Source: an uncultured virus (IMG/VR IMGVR_UViG_3300028552_000008) (Duplodnaviria > Heunggongvirae > Uroviricota > Caudoviricetes). From it: a DNA stretch of 64,000 bases. Under the pieces are notes generated by a model. The model saw only the letters and a list, made by a program, of their open reading frames with translations, was not told the DNA's origin and ran no database searches. Where the stretch lies: the IMG/VR virus record IMGVR_UViG_3300028552_000008; one strand, 5' to 3'. Position 1 is the first letter of the stretch, and every line of letters starts with the position of its first letter. This document shows, piece by piece, positions 10,912 through 20,207 of the stretch. A program made the translations under genes and the position numbers.

Positions 10912-12633
10912 TCATTTCTCTATTTCTATGTTGTCTCCTGGCTCTAAATCACCTCTGTTATATGCAGCAACTACTTCTTGTTCAGTTTTATATTTTTTAG
11001 GAGTGTTATGTTTGTTTTCTGTACTTAGTCCATAAAGGCCCAAAGCTGCTTCATTACTAGGGATTAATACAGGTTGAAAAGATTTAACAGATAATAAATT
11101 TTTGCTAGGCATCATTTTAGCTATAACTTCTTTACGTGCTTCTTCAGTGCCTGGAATATGGACATTAAGTTGGTCTCCGTCGGAATTTTTTGTATATCCT
11201 CCTATAGTTAAGAAACTTCCGTAGTTTGGTATTTCCAAATCGTAAGCAGTATTAGATTGTAACTTAGTTACTCTTTTAACTTTCTTCCATTTTAAACTAC
11301 CATTATACACCTTACCTAAATATGATATCCATTGTTCATTATTCTTTAACTCAACTAGAAGTATTTCAATTATTTCTTTTAAAGTGCTTTTACGAAATCT
11401 ATCTGTTTTAAATTCCTGGCTTAATCTATATTTTAAATTATAAAGTTCCTTATTCTTTTGTAATTTATATTTATTATTAATAGCTGTAATTATATTTTTT
11501 TTAACAGTTTCTGAAGGAAGTGGTACTAAGTCATTAAAGTTATCACCTATACCTGTTATATCTTTTAAGCTATTCTCTAATTTTTCCTTCTTCAACTCAT
11601 GACTTATTCTAAATTTTGTTCTTTCAACTAACTTTTTAAATGTCCCAGTATGAAATCTGAAGGAGAAATTATCTTTACTACTCAGCCTAGATGCCCCTTT
11701 ATATACTCCATAATTTAAATTTAACCGTTTACTCATATATCTTAAACCGTTAATTAAATGAATTGATGATGTGCAGATACTTATATTTATAACTGTTTTA
11801 TTAGAAGAACTGACACTTACTGTTCCATCAGTTGAGATTAACCCATCTAATATACCTAGTAGATGTTCTTCAGGACCGTTTAAACTAAAAGTAGGTATTT
11901 TCTTATTAAAAGCTCCACTCCCTATCTGCTCTTTTAACCACTTATTAAACCAGGCACAAGAAGCTCTAGTTTTACCTCTAGAAGTAAATTGCCCCATCAT
12001 ATTCTCACTAACTCTATCTATTTCTTTAACTCCATTTTCATAAGGAAGATATTCACTATTACATAAATCAGCAAATACTTTTCTATTCATTAATTTTTCT
12101 TTGGTAGAACCGGCTAAGAAAAGTTGATTAGCATTATCTACCCAACCATCACCTAAAACCATTCCTATAAAAAGTCCGGTTTTATAATTAAGTTGCAAGT
12201 TAAATGAATTTTTAACAAATCCTTTTCCTCGTATTCCTTTCATTCCTCTAGTACCCATCATACCTTCAGCTAATACACTTGATTGAATATTGGGTGCTAT
12301 AGTTGTAACATCACTAGGACAATACCTACCTACTGCCTCTTCGGTATCAACTTCTTCAATACCACTATCAGTATAAGCTAATAAACTATGATCTTTGGCT
12401 GCAAATATAAAATCCCCATCTATAAATTGTACCAAATATAAAGGTACATTAGGATGAATCGAGAATGTCTTTGGATTTACCCAATCTACTTCACCAGTTA
12501 TAAGGTTTAATGATTTTACTTCTACATTACTAGGTACATCATAAAGGATATTACCATTTATAGTAGTAGTGGCTGAATTTTCTATTCTAGGGAAATCTGA
12601 AATAGGTACTAGTGTATATTTATAATTAATCAT
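10912..12633 (-). CDS. Split-intein C part (483 aa, with LAGLIDADG endonuclease) fused to a 90-aa RNA polymerase beta' piece starting SDGDQ
   Basis: Block B AKDHSLL; LAGLIDADG-type motifs FIGMVLGDGW and ILDGLISTDGT; blocks F/G AYDLEIP...GYTKN; then SDGDQLNVHIP..EARKE....MMPSKNLLS. Confidence 0.9.
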   Translation of the reverse strand: MINYKYTLVPISDFPRIENSATTTINGNILYDVPSNVEVKSLNLITGEVDWVNPKTFSIHPNVPLYLVQFIDGDFIFAAKDHSLLAYTDSGIEEVDTEEAVGRYCPSDVTTIAPNIQSSVLAEGMMGTRGMKGIRGKGFVKNSFNLQLNYKTGLFIGMVLGDGWVDNANQLFLAGSTKEKLMNRKVFADLCNSEYLPYENGVKEIDRVSENMMGQFTSRGKTRASCAWFNKWLKEQIGSGAFNKKIPTFSLNGPEEHLLGILDGLISTDGTVSVSSSNKTVINISICTSSIHLINGLRYMSKRLNLNYGVYKGASRLSSKDNFSFRFHTGTFKKLVERTKFRISHELKKEKLENSLKDITGIGDNFNDLVPLPSETVKKNIITAINNKYKLQKNKELYNLKYRLSQEFKTDRFRKSTLKEIIEILLVELKNNEQWISYLGKVYNGSLKWKKVKRVTKLQSNTAYDLEIPNYGSFLTIGGYTKNSDGDQLNVHIPGTEEARKEVIAKMMPSKNLLSVKSFQPVLIPSNEAALGLYGLSTENKHNTPKKYKTEQEVVAAYNRGDLEPGDNIEIEK

Positions 12634-12639
12634 ATAGAC

Positions 12640-12668
12640 ACAATACGGTGACTAGTTGAACTTGTCAA
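12640..12668 (-). promoter_or_regulatory. Sigma70-like promoter at the intein split point
   Basis: TTGACA (12668-12663), 17-nt spacer, TATTGT (12645-12640), 6 nt, then ATG at 12633. Confidence 0.75.
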
Positions 12669-15418
12669 TTAATTTTCTCTCTATAAATAATATAATCTAC
12701 AATACTATCCGCACCATACCCCTTAAATACTAATGGATTCATTTTAATAGTTTTATCTTTAGAATTTGGATTAGCAATTAAATTAAACCCTAATAGATTA
12801 TATTTATGCCAGGCTGGATCTCGCGTTATAATACCAGGTCTTACTGCCATCTCTTCCTTTAATGCCATAACTGCTAATGGACTATGTTTTTTAACATAAT
12901 CAACCGCACTAATAGCTGGTACACCCTTCATAACCAACCTTCTAATAACAAAAGGTTTATATATCTGCCACAGCATATCTTGAGGTACACTAGCCTGGTC
13001 TACATCCAATCTAGTATCTGGAGTTAACACAGCTCTTCCCACCAAATCCAGACTCTTATTAACCACCTTACTCTGAAACATTGTACTTTTAGCCGTTCCA
13101 CCCTTTAATCCAAACATAGTAGCTAATATACCTTTAACATTCTTATCCTGGTGTTTCTTATTAATTGGATCACCCAAACCAAAGGCAGCTTTTACTCCAT
13201 CATATTCATTTTGTTTTAATTTCCTAACTACTTCGTCCGGCACATTCTCAGTATTTTTAAGTGCATTGTTATTTAGTATGAGGTCTTTATATAGATTATT
13301 AACATCACTAGTTAATACTACATCACCCATCTTACTAGCAGGTCTGTATTGGGCTGGTAGAATAGGTACTTTATGCAACATCAAATCTTTAGGATGTAAC
13401 TTATGTTCTTTTAGTGTAGTGAGAAATTCTAACAATTTAACGGCATCATCTCTTCTAGTCTTCTTCTCACTACCTATATACTTCTTCATTTCTTCTATCT
13501 TCTTATCCAGATCTATATTATTAAGGGCTTTTTCCATTTCCCCATCCACTACCATATCATTAAACTTAAACTTGGTAACTCCTAACAACTTTCTGAGATA
13601 ATCCTCACTAATAGGATTAGGTATGGGATGATTAAGATTTATGTGATTAAACTTGTCACCTAATATGCCTATTATATTAGGATCAAATAGTCCGCCAGGT
13701 TCATGTATTAGTTCTTCTTGATGTGGCTTGAATAATGAAGGTTTCTTAATTTCACCATTACTCAAAGCAGTAGTATCCTTATCTGTTAAAGGTAGGATAT
13801 TAAAGGTATTACCAACTCTATCTACATTAATACCGGCAGCTTTTAAACTATCTATGAACTTGTTAAAGATGAATGGAACTTTAGGGCTGGGTGGGGTTTG
13901 GCCCAATTTAATAGCACGCCAGAATTCATCATTCTGAGTACCTTTAACAGTACCTATATCCTCCAATACATGTCTGACATCATGACTTAGCAAAGCTGTA
14001 GTACCTAAATTTCCTATTCTCTTTGATGAACCACCTTCCACTGCTGACTTACTTGGTTGCCGGTCGAAACTGTATCCGGACCCCTGACTTCTAGTACTTA
14101 GTTTATCTTCACTAATATGAGTTAACCTACTATAGAATAATGGACCTACAACTGCTTCAATATTTCTACCAGTAATTGGATCATATAGTTGTTCAGTATC
14201 ATTTATATTATTCTTCTTTAATACATTAATTACATTCTTAATAGATGAATCCTTTCTAAACTGATCCATTTTAATAGTCTTACCAGTCTTCTCAGCTAAT
14301 TTACCAAGGCCTAGAGTTATGGCTAAGGCTGGTGCAACTCTTGACGTGATGGACATGGAGTTAAGCATGATATCAACTGGCTTCCCATTAGGTAGTAGTG
14401 GAGCTTGTGAGTCTGATACAATCTTCGTTACACCCTTAGCTCCAAAGTAATTAGAAATCTTATCACCAGGTAATAGACTTCTTACCGTCTTGATATGTAC
14501 TGTAATAAGTGGGCCATGTTTGGTTACATCCACTACTTCTCCATCATGTTCGTAGTCCCAGGCTTCTGAATTATCTTTGAATGCATGTTTTAATACTTTA
14601 CTCAGCTTACCTAATGCCAAATCTGTACTCTTTAATGCTCTGGGTGAGTAAGCCAGGATTACCGGGTCTCCAGCTTTCAATCTAGACCCTACTATAACCA
14701 CTCCATCTGAATCTATATTTTTAATTTGATTATTCGTATATTTATTAGGAAATAGTGCTACAAATTTATCCTTGCCTGCCTCTACTCCAAATTTCTCTTC
14801 AATACTAAAATTGATCATTTGTTCTGCTGCCAACTTTTTAGCACCACTTTCAGTCACTGCAAAAGCATCCTCAAAGTTGTCTGAGCGGTACGGGATTATA
14901 GCAGTAGTAAGGTTAGTTCCCATCGCCATATTACCTTCTTTATCATTATAATTACTGTAAGCTATTACTTCATTAGTTTTAACTTTATCACCAACCTTCA
15001 CTTTAGGGGTATGAGTAATAAAGCTTTTCCTGCCTAAATGAAAGTTATTATATAGTTGATAGGTAGACTTGGTTTTATCTGTATTATCTACTTTAATATG
15101 ATTTTCAGTAACTTCAGTAACAGTACCAGGTTTAGTTGCAGTTACAGATAAATAATGTTTACCATATAGTTCTTGAGTACTTTCTTTGTTAGTGTCATCT
15201 GAACTTTCTACTAACGGACGTTCAGGATTTACTAAAGGTATAGCTTGGAGAGAAGCCTTGGCTCCTAGTAACACACGCCCGCCGGAAACTGAATTTAGCC
15301 CAGTAATCATGTTAGTAGGTAAAGCAAATAAATCCCTACTCGAAGGCATGGATATATGATCTTCATTTAGTTTGTCCACCTTCTCAAAATTTCCCTTATT
15401 AAGTACAGTATAACTCAT
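12665..15418 (-). CDS. RNA polymerase beta C-terminal half fused to beta' N-terminal part, ending in a 13-aa IntN
   Basis: Beta motifs LQAIPL, DNFEDA, GDKISNYFGAKG, DIMLN..SITSR, QPSK...GGSSKRIG; beta' motifs GGLFDP, VPILPAQYRP, GRAVL, RDPAWH, NPLVFKGYGAD; start chosen at MSYTV after TATAAT. Confidence 0.92.
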   Translation of the reverse strand: MSYTVLNKGNFEKVDKLNEDHISMPSSRDLFALPTNMITGLNSVSGGRVLLGAKASLQAIPLVNPERPLVESSDDTNKESTQELYGKHYLSVTATKPGTVTEVTENHIKVDNTDKTKSTYQLYNNFHLGRKSFITHTPKVKVGDKVKTNEVIAYSNYNDKEGNMAMGTNLTTAIIPYRSDNFEDAFAVTESGAKKLAAEQMINFSIEEKFGVEAGKDKFVALFPNKYTNNQIKNIDSDGVVIVGSRLKAGDPVILAYSPRALKSTDLALGKLSKVLKHAFKDNSEAWDYEHDGEVVDVTKHGPLITVHIKTVRSLLPGDKISNYFGAKGVTKIVSDSQAPLLPNGKPVDIMLNSMSITSRVAPALAITLGLGKLAEKTGKTIKMDQFRKDSSIKNVINVLKKNNINDTEQLYDPITGRNIEAVVGPLFYSRLTHISEDKLSTRSQGSGYSFDRQPSKSAVEGGSSKRIGNLGTTALLSHDVRHVLEDIGTVKGTQNDEFWRAIKLGQTPPSPKVPFIFNKFIDSLKAAGINVDRVGNTFNILPLTDKDTTALSNGEIKKPSLFKPHQEELIHEPGGLFDPNIIGILGDKFNHINLNHPIPNPISEDYLRKLLGVTKFKFNDMVVDGEMEKALNNIDLDKKIEEMKKYIGSEKKTRRDDAVKLLEFLTTLKEHKLHPKDLMLHKVPILPAQYRPASKMGDVVLTSDVNNLYKDLILNNNALKNTENVPDEVVRKLKQNEYDGVKAAFGLGDPINKKHQDKNVKGILATMFGLKGGTAKSTMFQSKVVNKSLDLVGRAVLTPDTRLDVDQASVPQDMLWQIYKPFVIRRLVMKGVPAISAVDYVKKHSPLAVMALKEEMAVRPGIITRDPAWHKYNLLGFNLIANPNSKDKTIKMNPLVFKGYGADSIVDYIIYREKIN

Positions 15419-15509
15419 ATTTTGATTATATACTCTTATTATTGATTTCCACAACCTCAAACTTTAGTCTTTAATTAACCTGGAATATACATTAAACTAG
15501 GTTAGATTT

Positions 15510-15860
15510 ATGAAGAGTTGGATTATTATTGTATTTAGCTTGATTAGTATTAGTATTGAAGCACAACAATTAAATAAAGTCTATCTAAATCACTTATTAG
15601 ACGCTATTTATCTAGCTGAGGGTGGGGCTAATACTAAATATCCTTATGGAGTGATTGGAGATTTTAAAAAGAGTCCAAGAATTATAGCTGCCAATACTAT
15701 AAAACATAATTACAATAACTGGTTAAATAGTAGTTCTAAAACAGATTTCTTAAGATATCTACAACAACACTATTGTCCTATAAATGCTAAAAATGACCCT
15801 AATCATTTAAATGATAACTGGTATAAGAATGTATCTTTAATAATGAAACAGTATGAATAA
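15510..15860 (+). CDS. Secreted lysozyme/glucosaminidase-like small protein
   Basis: Signal-peptide-like N-terminus; AIYLAEGG with candidate catalytic Glu; YCP..A.NDP..LN.NW..NV. Confidence 0.55.
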   Translation: MKSWIIIVFSLISISIEAQQLNKVYLNHLLDAIYLAEGGANTKYPYGVIGDFKKSPRIIAANTIKHNYNNWLNSSSKTDFLRYLQQHYCPINAKNDPNHLNDNWYKNVSLIMKQYE

Positions 15861-16530
15861 GTTAGATGCATTTATTAATGGTTTTATCAAGGCTGCTGGC
15901 CCACTCCCTCCACCTCCTCCACCTCCTACACCTCCTACACCTCCAAAAATTCCGATGATTTCATTACCACACAATGCTTATACTGTTGGTGGTCTCCCTC
16001 CAAATATGCATAATTTTGTTAATAAAGGTGGTAATACCCTTAATATAAATGCTCACGGTGGTCCTGATAGTGCTATTAATGGAGAATATGCATTTCAAAG
16101 TGATTCTAATAATTCTAAAAACTTGCTTTATAACAATGAACCACTAACTTATACTCCTCAAACATTGGCTAAACTTATTGGTCCAGCTACTAACAATATC
16201 AATAATATTTATACTACTGCTTGTAATGGTGGGGATTGCTCCAATACTAATGTGAGTCCAAACGAAGTGCTTAAAGGGTTTGCTACTCCAGCTATGTACC
16301 GTAAATTATTCCCTAATCTTACTAACGTTGTTCAAATCCCTCCCAGGCATTATGGTCCATTAATTCCAAGTCAATTTAAGACTAATGAATACCCAGACGT
16401 AGTGAATATAATAAATAGAATTATTAAAGATAGGAATCCTAATGATCCAATAACTACAAGCTTGCCTCATCAATATAATCTACAAGGTGGTACTAATTGG
16501 GTGGATAAAGGGACTTACTATAATTACTGA
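15853..16530 (+). CDS. Protein with DAFINGFIKAA leader, poly-Pro linker and putative caspase-fold (clan CD) His-Cys domain
   Basis: LNINAHGG...TPQTLAKLI...INNIYTTACNGG pattern. Confidence 0.5.
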   Translation: MNKLDAFINGFIKAAGPLPPPPPPPTPPTPPKIPMISLPHNAYTVGGLPPNMHNFVNKGGNTLNINAHGGPDSAINGEYAFQSDSNNSKNLLYNNEPLTYTPQTLAKLIGPATNNINNIYTTACNGGDCSNTNVSPNEVLKGFATPAMYRKLFPNLTNVVQIPPRHYGPLIPSQFKTNEYPDVVNIINRIIKDRNPNDPITTSLPHQYNLQGGTNWVDKGTYYNY

Positions 16531-16531
16531 T

Positions 16532-19387
16532 ATGACAGACCGACACAATGTATATGTAGTTGAATTGGATAAGGAGGTCTTAGCTAAAAAAAAGTTTTTA
16601 AAGTTGAATCCTAACTACAATCCAGAACTACCTCCACTTTATGTAGGAGAGACTGGTTTGAGTCCTGAAGCTAGATTCGAGAAACATAAAACTGGACTAA
16701 AAGCCAATATCTGGGTAAAGAATCATGGGCTTAGACTTAGGCCTGAACATTATAAAGATTTAAATCCCATGCCATTTCATAAAGCTGAAAGAACCGAGGA
16801 ATGGTTGGCAAAGAAGTTAAGGGCTGAGGGTTATCCAGTAGTAGGTGGGAATCCTAGAACCGTACCTTTGAAGAAGGAGGCTGGTGAAGAAGCGTTACAA
16901 CCTCAACAAGCTAGAGTAATTAAGAAGATTCAAGATAAGAATACTTCAGGGTTAGTGCTTTATCATGGGATGGGTAGTGGAAAAGGATTGGTTATAGGCT
17001 CAAAGATATTAACACCTACAGGGTGGATAAATATAGAAGATATAAAACAAAACACAGAAGTGATTTCTGTTAATGGTGTGAAAGCTAATGTGACTGGAGT
17101 CTATCCTCAAGGGTATAAAGATGTGTATAAAATTACTTTTAGGGATGGTGCTACTATAGAATGTGATGATTCTCATTTATGGTTCACTCAATCTAGATGT
17201 GAACGTAAAAATTACGTTAAAAGCAAGGATCAATTTAAATATAGGTGGGTAGGTAAAGTCAGGAGTACAAGCGAAATTAAAGATACAGTATTATCTAATG
17301 ATAATAGTTTAAATTATACTATTCCTATTGTGAAACCTATTCATTTTAAATATAGAAAACTTCCACTAGACCCGTATTTTGTTGGTTTGATTTTAGGAGA
17401 TGGTAGTATTTGTGGAGGTGGCTGTGCGATAACAACAGCAGATGACGAAATTCTGCAATCAATTAAGTCTTTATTTCCAAATTTTACTCTTAAAAAATAT
17501 TCTAAATATACTTATGGATTAGGTAAACCAAAAGGATATAACAGTTACATTGTTCAAGCATTTAAAGAATTAAAATTACAAGGTATGAATTGTTTTACAA
17601 AATTTATACCTGATATTTATATGTTTAACACAGTGAAATCTCGCATAGCATTATTACAAGGGTTAATGGATACTGATGGTACTGTAAGTAAAGATGGTAT
17701 GGCTATAGTTTATGAGTCCGTCTCAAAACAGTTAGCAGATGGTGTGCAATTCCTTGTTGAATCACTAGGAGGTTTAGCAAAGATAACAACTAGAATTCCA
17801 ACATATTCATATAAAGGAGAAAAAAAGAAAGGAGCTTTATGTTATAGGGTTTGGTTAAGTTTACCACCAAATATCAATCCATTTAGATTACACAGAAAAG
17901 CAATTCAAGTAATTCCTAAGACTAAATATAAACCAACTAGATATATAAAAAGTATAGAATATGTTGGAAAAAAAGAGACAATCTGTATTGCAATCGATGA
18001 CCCTTCTCATCTATATATTACTGAACATTGTATAGTTACGCACAATACACGCGAAAGTATTGAATCCTGGAAAGCATTAGGATTACCTAAGACTGATATC
18101 ATTGTTCCAGCTTCATTAAAATCCAACTATCGTAAAGAGTTGCAGAGATGGTATGGCAATTCTAATCCTTCTAATATCAACTTAATTAGTCAACAAAGAT
18201 TTGCTAATTCTAAGTTAAATACTCCAATATACAATACTGGTTTGCAGATAGTAGATGAAGCTCAAAAAGCTAAAAATAGTAATAGTGAATTATATCAAGC
18301 ATTGGTTAAAACGAATCCAGCCAAGCGCCTTCTCCTTTCAGGAACTCCAATTCTAAATGATCCTACTGAATTAAGTAATCTTGTTAACTTAGTAGCAAAG
18401 AAACAAGTATTACCTAATAATTTATCTGAGTTTAAAAAACAATATTTTAAACAGGAAGAAGTTAAACCTGGATTTTTTGGTAGATTAATGGGAGTTTCTC
18501 CAGGCATTCAATATAAGCTACAGAATAAAGCTCAACTATCTAAGATTCTGGATAAGTATGTTGACTACTATAAACCTACTCAAGAAGGATATCCTACTGT
18601 GACGGAGCAAGAAGTTAATGTTCCTATGGGTGCTAAACAACAAGAGATATATGATACAATACTCGGAAAGACACCATTTTGGACACGTTATCGAATTAAA
18701 CATAATTTACCTCCTGGACGTGGTGAATTAGAAGGTATGCGAGCATTTTTAAGTGGACCTAGACAAGTAAGCAATTCAACTGCTGGATTTACTAAAAATT
18801 TAAGAGACGTGGAATCCCCTAAAATAGATGCAGCTTTTAAGTTTTTACAAATACAATTAAAACAAGATCCAAACTATAAAGCTCTAGTATATAGTAATTA
18901 TCTTAATAATGGTCTTAGACCTTATGAATCATTATTAAGAAAGAATAATATACCATTTGGAGAGTTTAGTGGAGCTGTAACACCTACTATAAGAGACCAG
19001 GCAGTTAAAGATTATAATGCTAATAAATTAAGAGCATTATTAGTATCAGGAGCTGGGGCTGAAGGATTGGATTTGAAGGCTACAAATTTGACACAACTTT
19101 TGGAACCTTTTTGGAACCTTCCTAAAGAGAGACAAGTTATCGGAAGATCAGTACGTTTCCATAGTCATGATAGTTTGCCTCCAGAAAAGAGAAAGGTTTT
19201 AGTGCAACGTTATTTTGCCACACCAAAACCTAGTTTATTGGATAAACTTACATTCAATCCCAAACCTACTGGTACAGATTCATATATTAGAAATTCAATC
19301 AGTAAACCAAAAGATAATCTTAATCAAGAAATAACTAATTTAATAGCCAAGAATCAAGAACCTAAATCTTGGCTTAACTACAATTAA
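16532..19387 (+). CDS. SNF2-like SF2 helicase with N-terminal GIY-YIG-like domain and an intein
   Basis: VYVVEL...LYVGETG...RFEKH; YHGMGSGK|T; IVDEAQ; LLSGTP; GAEGLDL; QVIGRSVR. Confidence 0.9.
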   Translation: MTDRHNVYVVELDKEVLAKKKFLKLNPNYNPELPPLYVGETGLSPEARFEKHKTGLKANIWVKNHGLRLRPEHYKDLNPMPFHKAERTEEWLAKKLRAEGYPVVGGNPRTVPLKKEAGEEALQPQQARVIKKIQDKNTSGLVLYHGMGSGKGLVIGSKILTPTGWINIEDIKQNTEVISVNGVKANVTGVYPQGYKDVYKITFRDGATIECDDSHLWFTQSRCERKNYVKSKDQFKYRWVGKVRSTSEIKDTVLSNDNSLNYTIPIVKPIHFKYRKLPLDPYFVGLILGDGSICGGGCAITTADDEILQSIKSLFPNFTLKKYSKYTYGLGKPKGYNSYIVQAFKELKLQGMNCFTKFIPDIYMFNTVKSRIALLQGLMDTDGTVSKDGMAIVYESVSKQLADGVQFLVESLGGLAKITTRIPTYSYKGEKKKGALCYRVWLSLPPNINPFRLHRKAIQVIPKTKYKPTRYIKSIEYVGKKETICIAIDDPSHLYITEHCIVTHNTRESIESWKALGLPKTDIIVPASLKSNYRKELQRWYGNSNPSNINLISQQRFANSKLNTPIYNTGLQIVDEAQKAKNSNSELYQALVKTNPAKRLLLSGTPILNDPTELSNLVNLVAKKQVLPNNLSEFKKQYFKQEEVKPGFFGRLMGVSPGIQYKLQNKAQLSKILDKYVDYYKPTQEGYPTVTEQEVNVPMGAKQQEIYDTILGKTPFWTRYRIKHNLPPGRGELEGMRAFLSGPRQVSNSTAGFTKNLRDVESPKIDAAFKFLQIQLKQDPNYKALVYSNYLNNGLRPYESLLRKNNIPFGEFSGAVTPTIRDQAVKDYNANKLRALLVSGAGAEGLDLKATNLTQLLEPFWNLPKERQVIGRSVRFHSHDSLPPEKRKVLVQRYFATPKPSLLDKLTFNPKPTGTDSYIRNSISKPKDNLNQEITNLIAKNQEPKSWLNYN
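16985..18046 (+). mobile_element. Class 3-type intein (354 aa) with LAGLIDADG endonuclease, in Walker A
   Basis: Inserted in GSGK|T; starts GLVIGSKILTPTGW; DSHLW; GLILGDGS; LLQGLMDTDG; TICIAID; ends IVTHN. Confidence 0.9.
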
Positions 19388-19638
19388 GCTTTCTCTTCCT
19401 TTTCCTGCTCCTTAGCTAATTGCAGTATTTTCCGCATCAAGTCTGGGGTGAATCTTAGCGGCTGATCTCCGAAATCAAATACATTGCATAGTTCATCCAT
19501 TACCGAACTAGCGATTGTATTTATAACTACCTCAGGTTTGCTAAAGTTATTCACATCTTTAAGTAATGCCTCAACTCCAGAAGTAACTCCACTAACCACT
19601 GAATTTTCTGTAACGATATAAGAATTAATATTTATCAT
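19384..19638 (-). CDS. Small hypothetical protein
   Basis: 84-aa ORF preceded by TTGACA-N16-TATATT. Confidence 0.65.
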   Translation of the reverse strand: MININSYIVTENSVVSGVTSGVEALLKDVNNFSKPEVVINTIASSVMDELCNVFDFGDQPLRFTPDLMRKILQLAKEQEKEEKA

Positions 19639-19715
19639 AACTGTAAATATAGCTTAATATTTTCTTATGTCAATTACTGATAGCTAAAAAAAGGGATTTG
19701 CAGTCTCCCCTCTCA

Positions 19716-20162
19716 TTACAACAAGTCTTTATAAGCCTGTACTGCCAAACTATCTGCTTCTTCATTTAGAGGATTTCCGGCATGGCCCTTAGTCCATTCC
19801 CAGGTAATCTTTAATTTATCCATAAAACAATCCATAGTTTCCCACAGTACTTTATTTTTTACTGGTTTTTTATCTTTTGTCCTCCAACCATTTCTCTTCC
19901 AATTAGTTATCCATAGACTAGCTCCCAATACTACATACTCACTATCAGCAATTACTTTAACTATAGTACCTAGTTCGGGATTGTCTAGTATGTATGATAA
20001 TCCTAAAATAGCACCATAAATTTCCATCTGGTTATTAGTAACATCAGGGTAAGCCGCAGTTAATCTTTTTATTACTATATCGTCATTACATATAATGGCG
20101 CTACACCCACCAACCTTATCTTTTGAACTTGCTCCACCATCTGTATAAATTATTAAAGCCAT
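19716..20162 (-). CDS. rnhA: Ribonuclease HI
   Basis: IYTDGG, TNNQME, DSEYV, WKRNGW...KPVKN..LW, KGHAG..LNEEADSLA. Confidence 0.95.
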   Translation of the reverse strand: MALIIYTDGGASSKDKVGGCSAIICNDDIVIKRLTAAYPDVTNNQMEIYGAILGLSYILDNPELGTIVKVIADSEYVVLGASLWITNWKRNGWRTKDKKPVKNKVLWETMDCFMDKLKITWEWTKGHAGNPLNEEADSLAVQAYKDLL

Positions 20163-20207
20163 ATTGTTGTTATTGTAAAAATTGTTATTGTTTGGTATTA
20201 TATCATT

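Noticed and set aside
12634..12667. Sequencing frameshift as the explanation for the broken intein
   Set aside because: The upstream frame stops at TGA and the downstream frame has a TAG within the gap, so two errors would be needed; the gap also forms a well-spaced promoter
173..13937. Short plus-strand ORFs opposite the large minus-strand genes
   Set aside because: Antisense shadows of well-supported genes, with no motifs
6243..15460. Cellular rpoBC locus or eukaryotic giant virus
   Set aside because: Fragments are dispersed among phage structural genes with no ribosomal protein neighbours, and the motifs and promoters are bacterial-type
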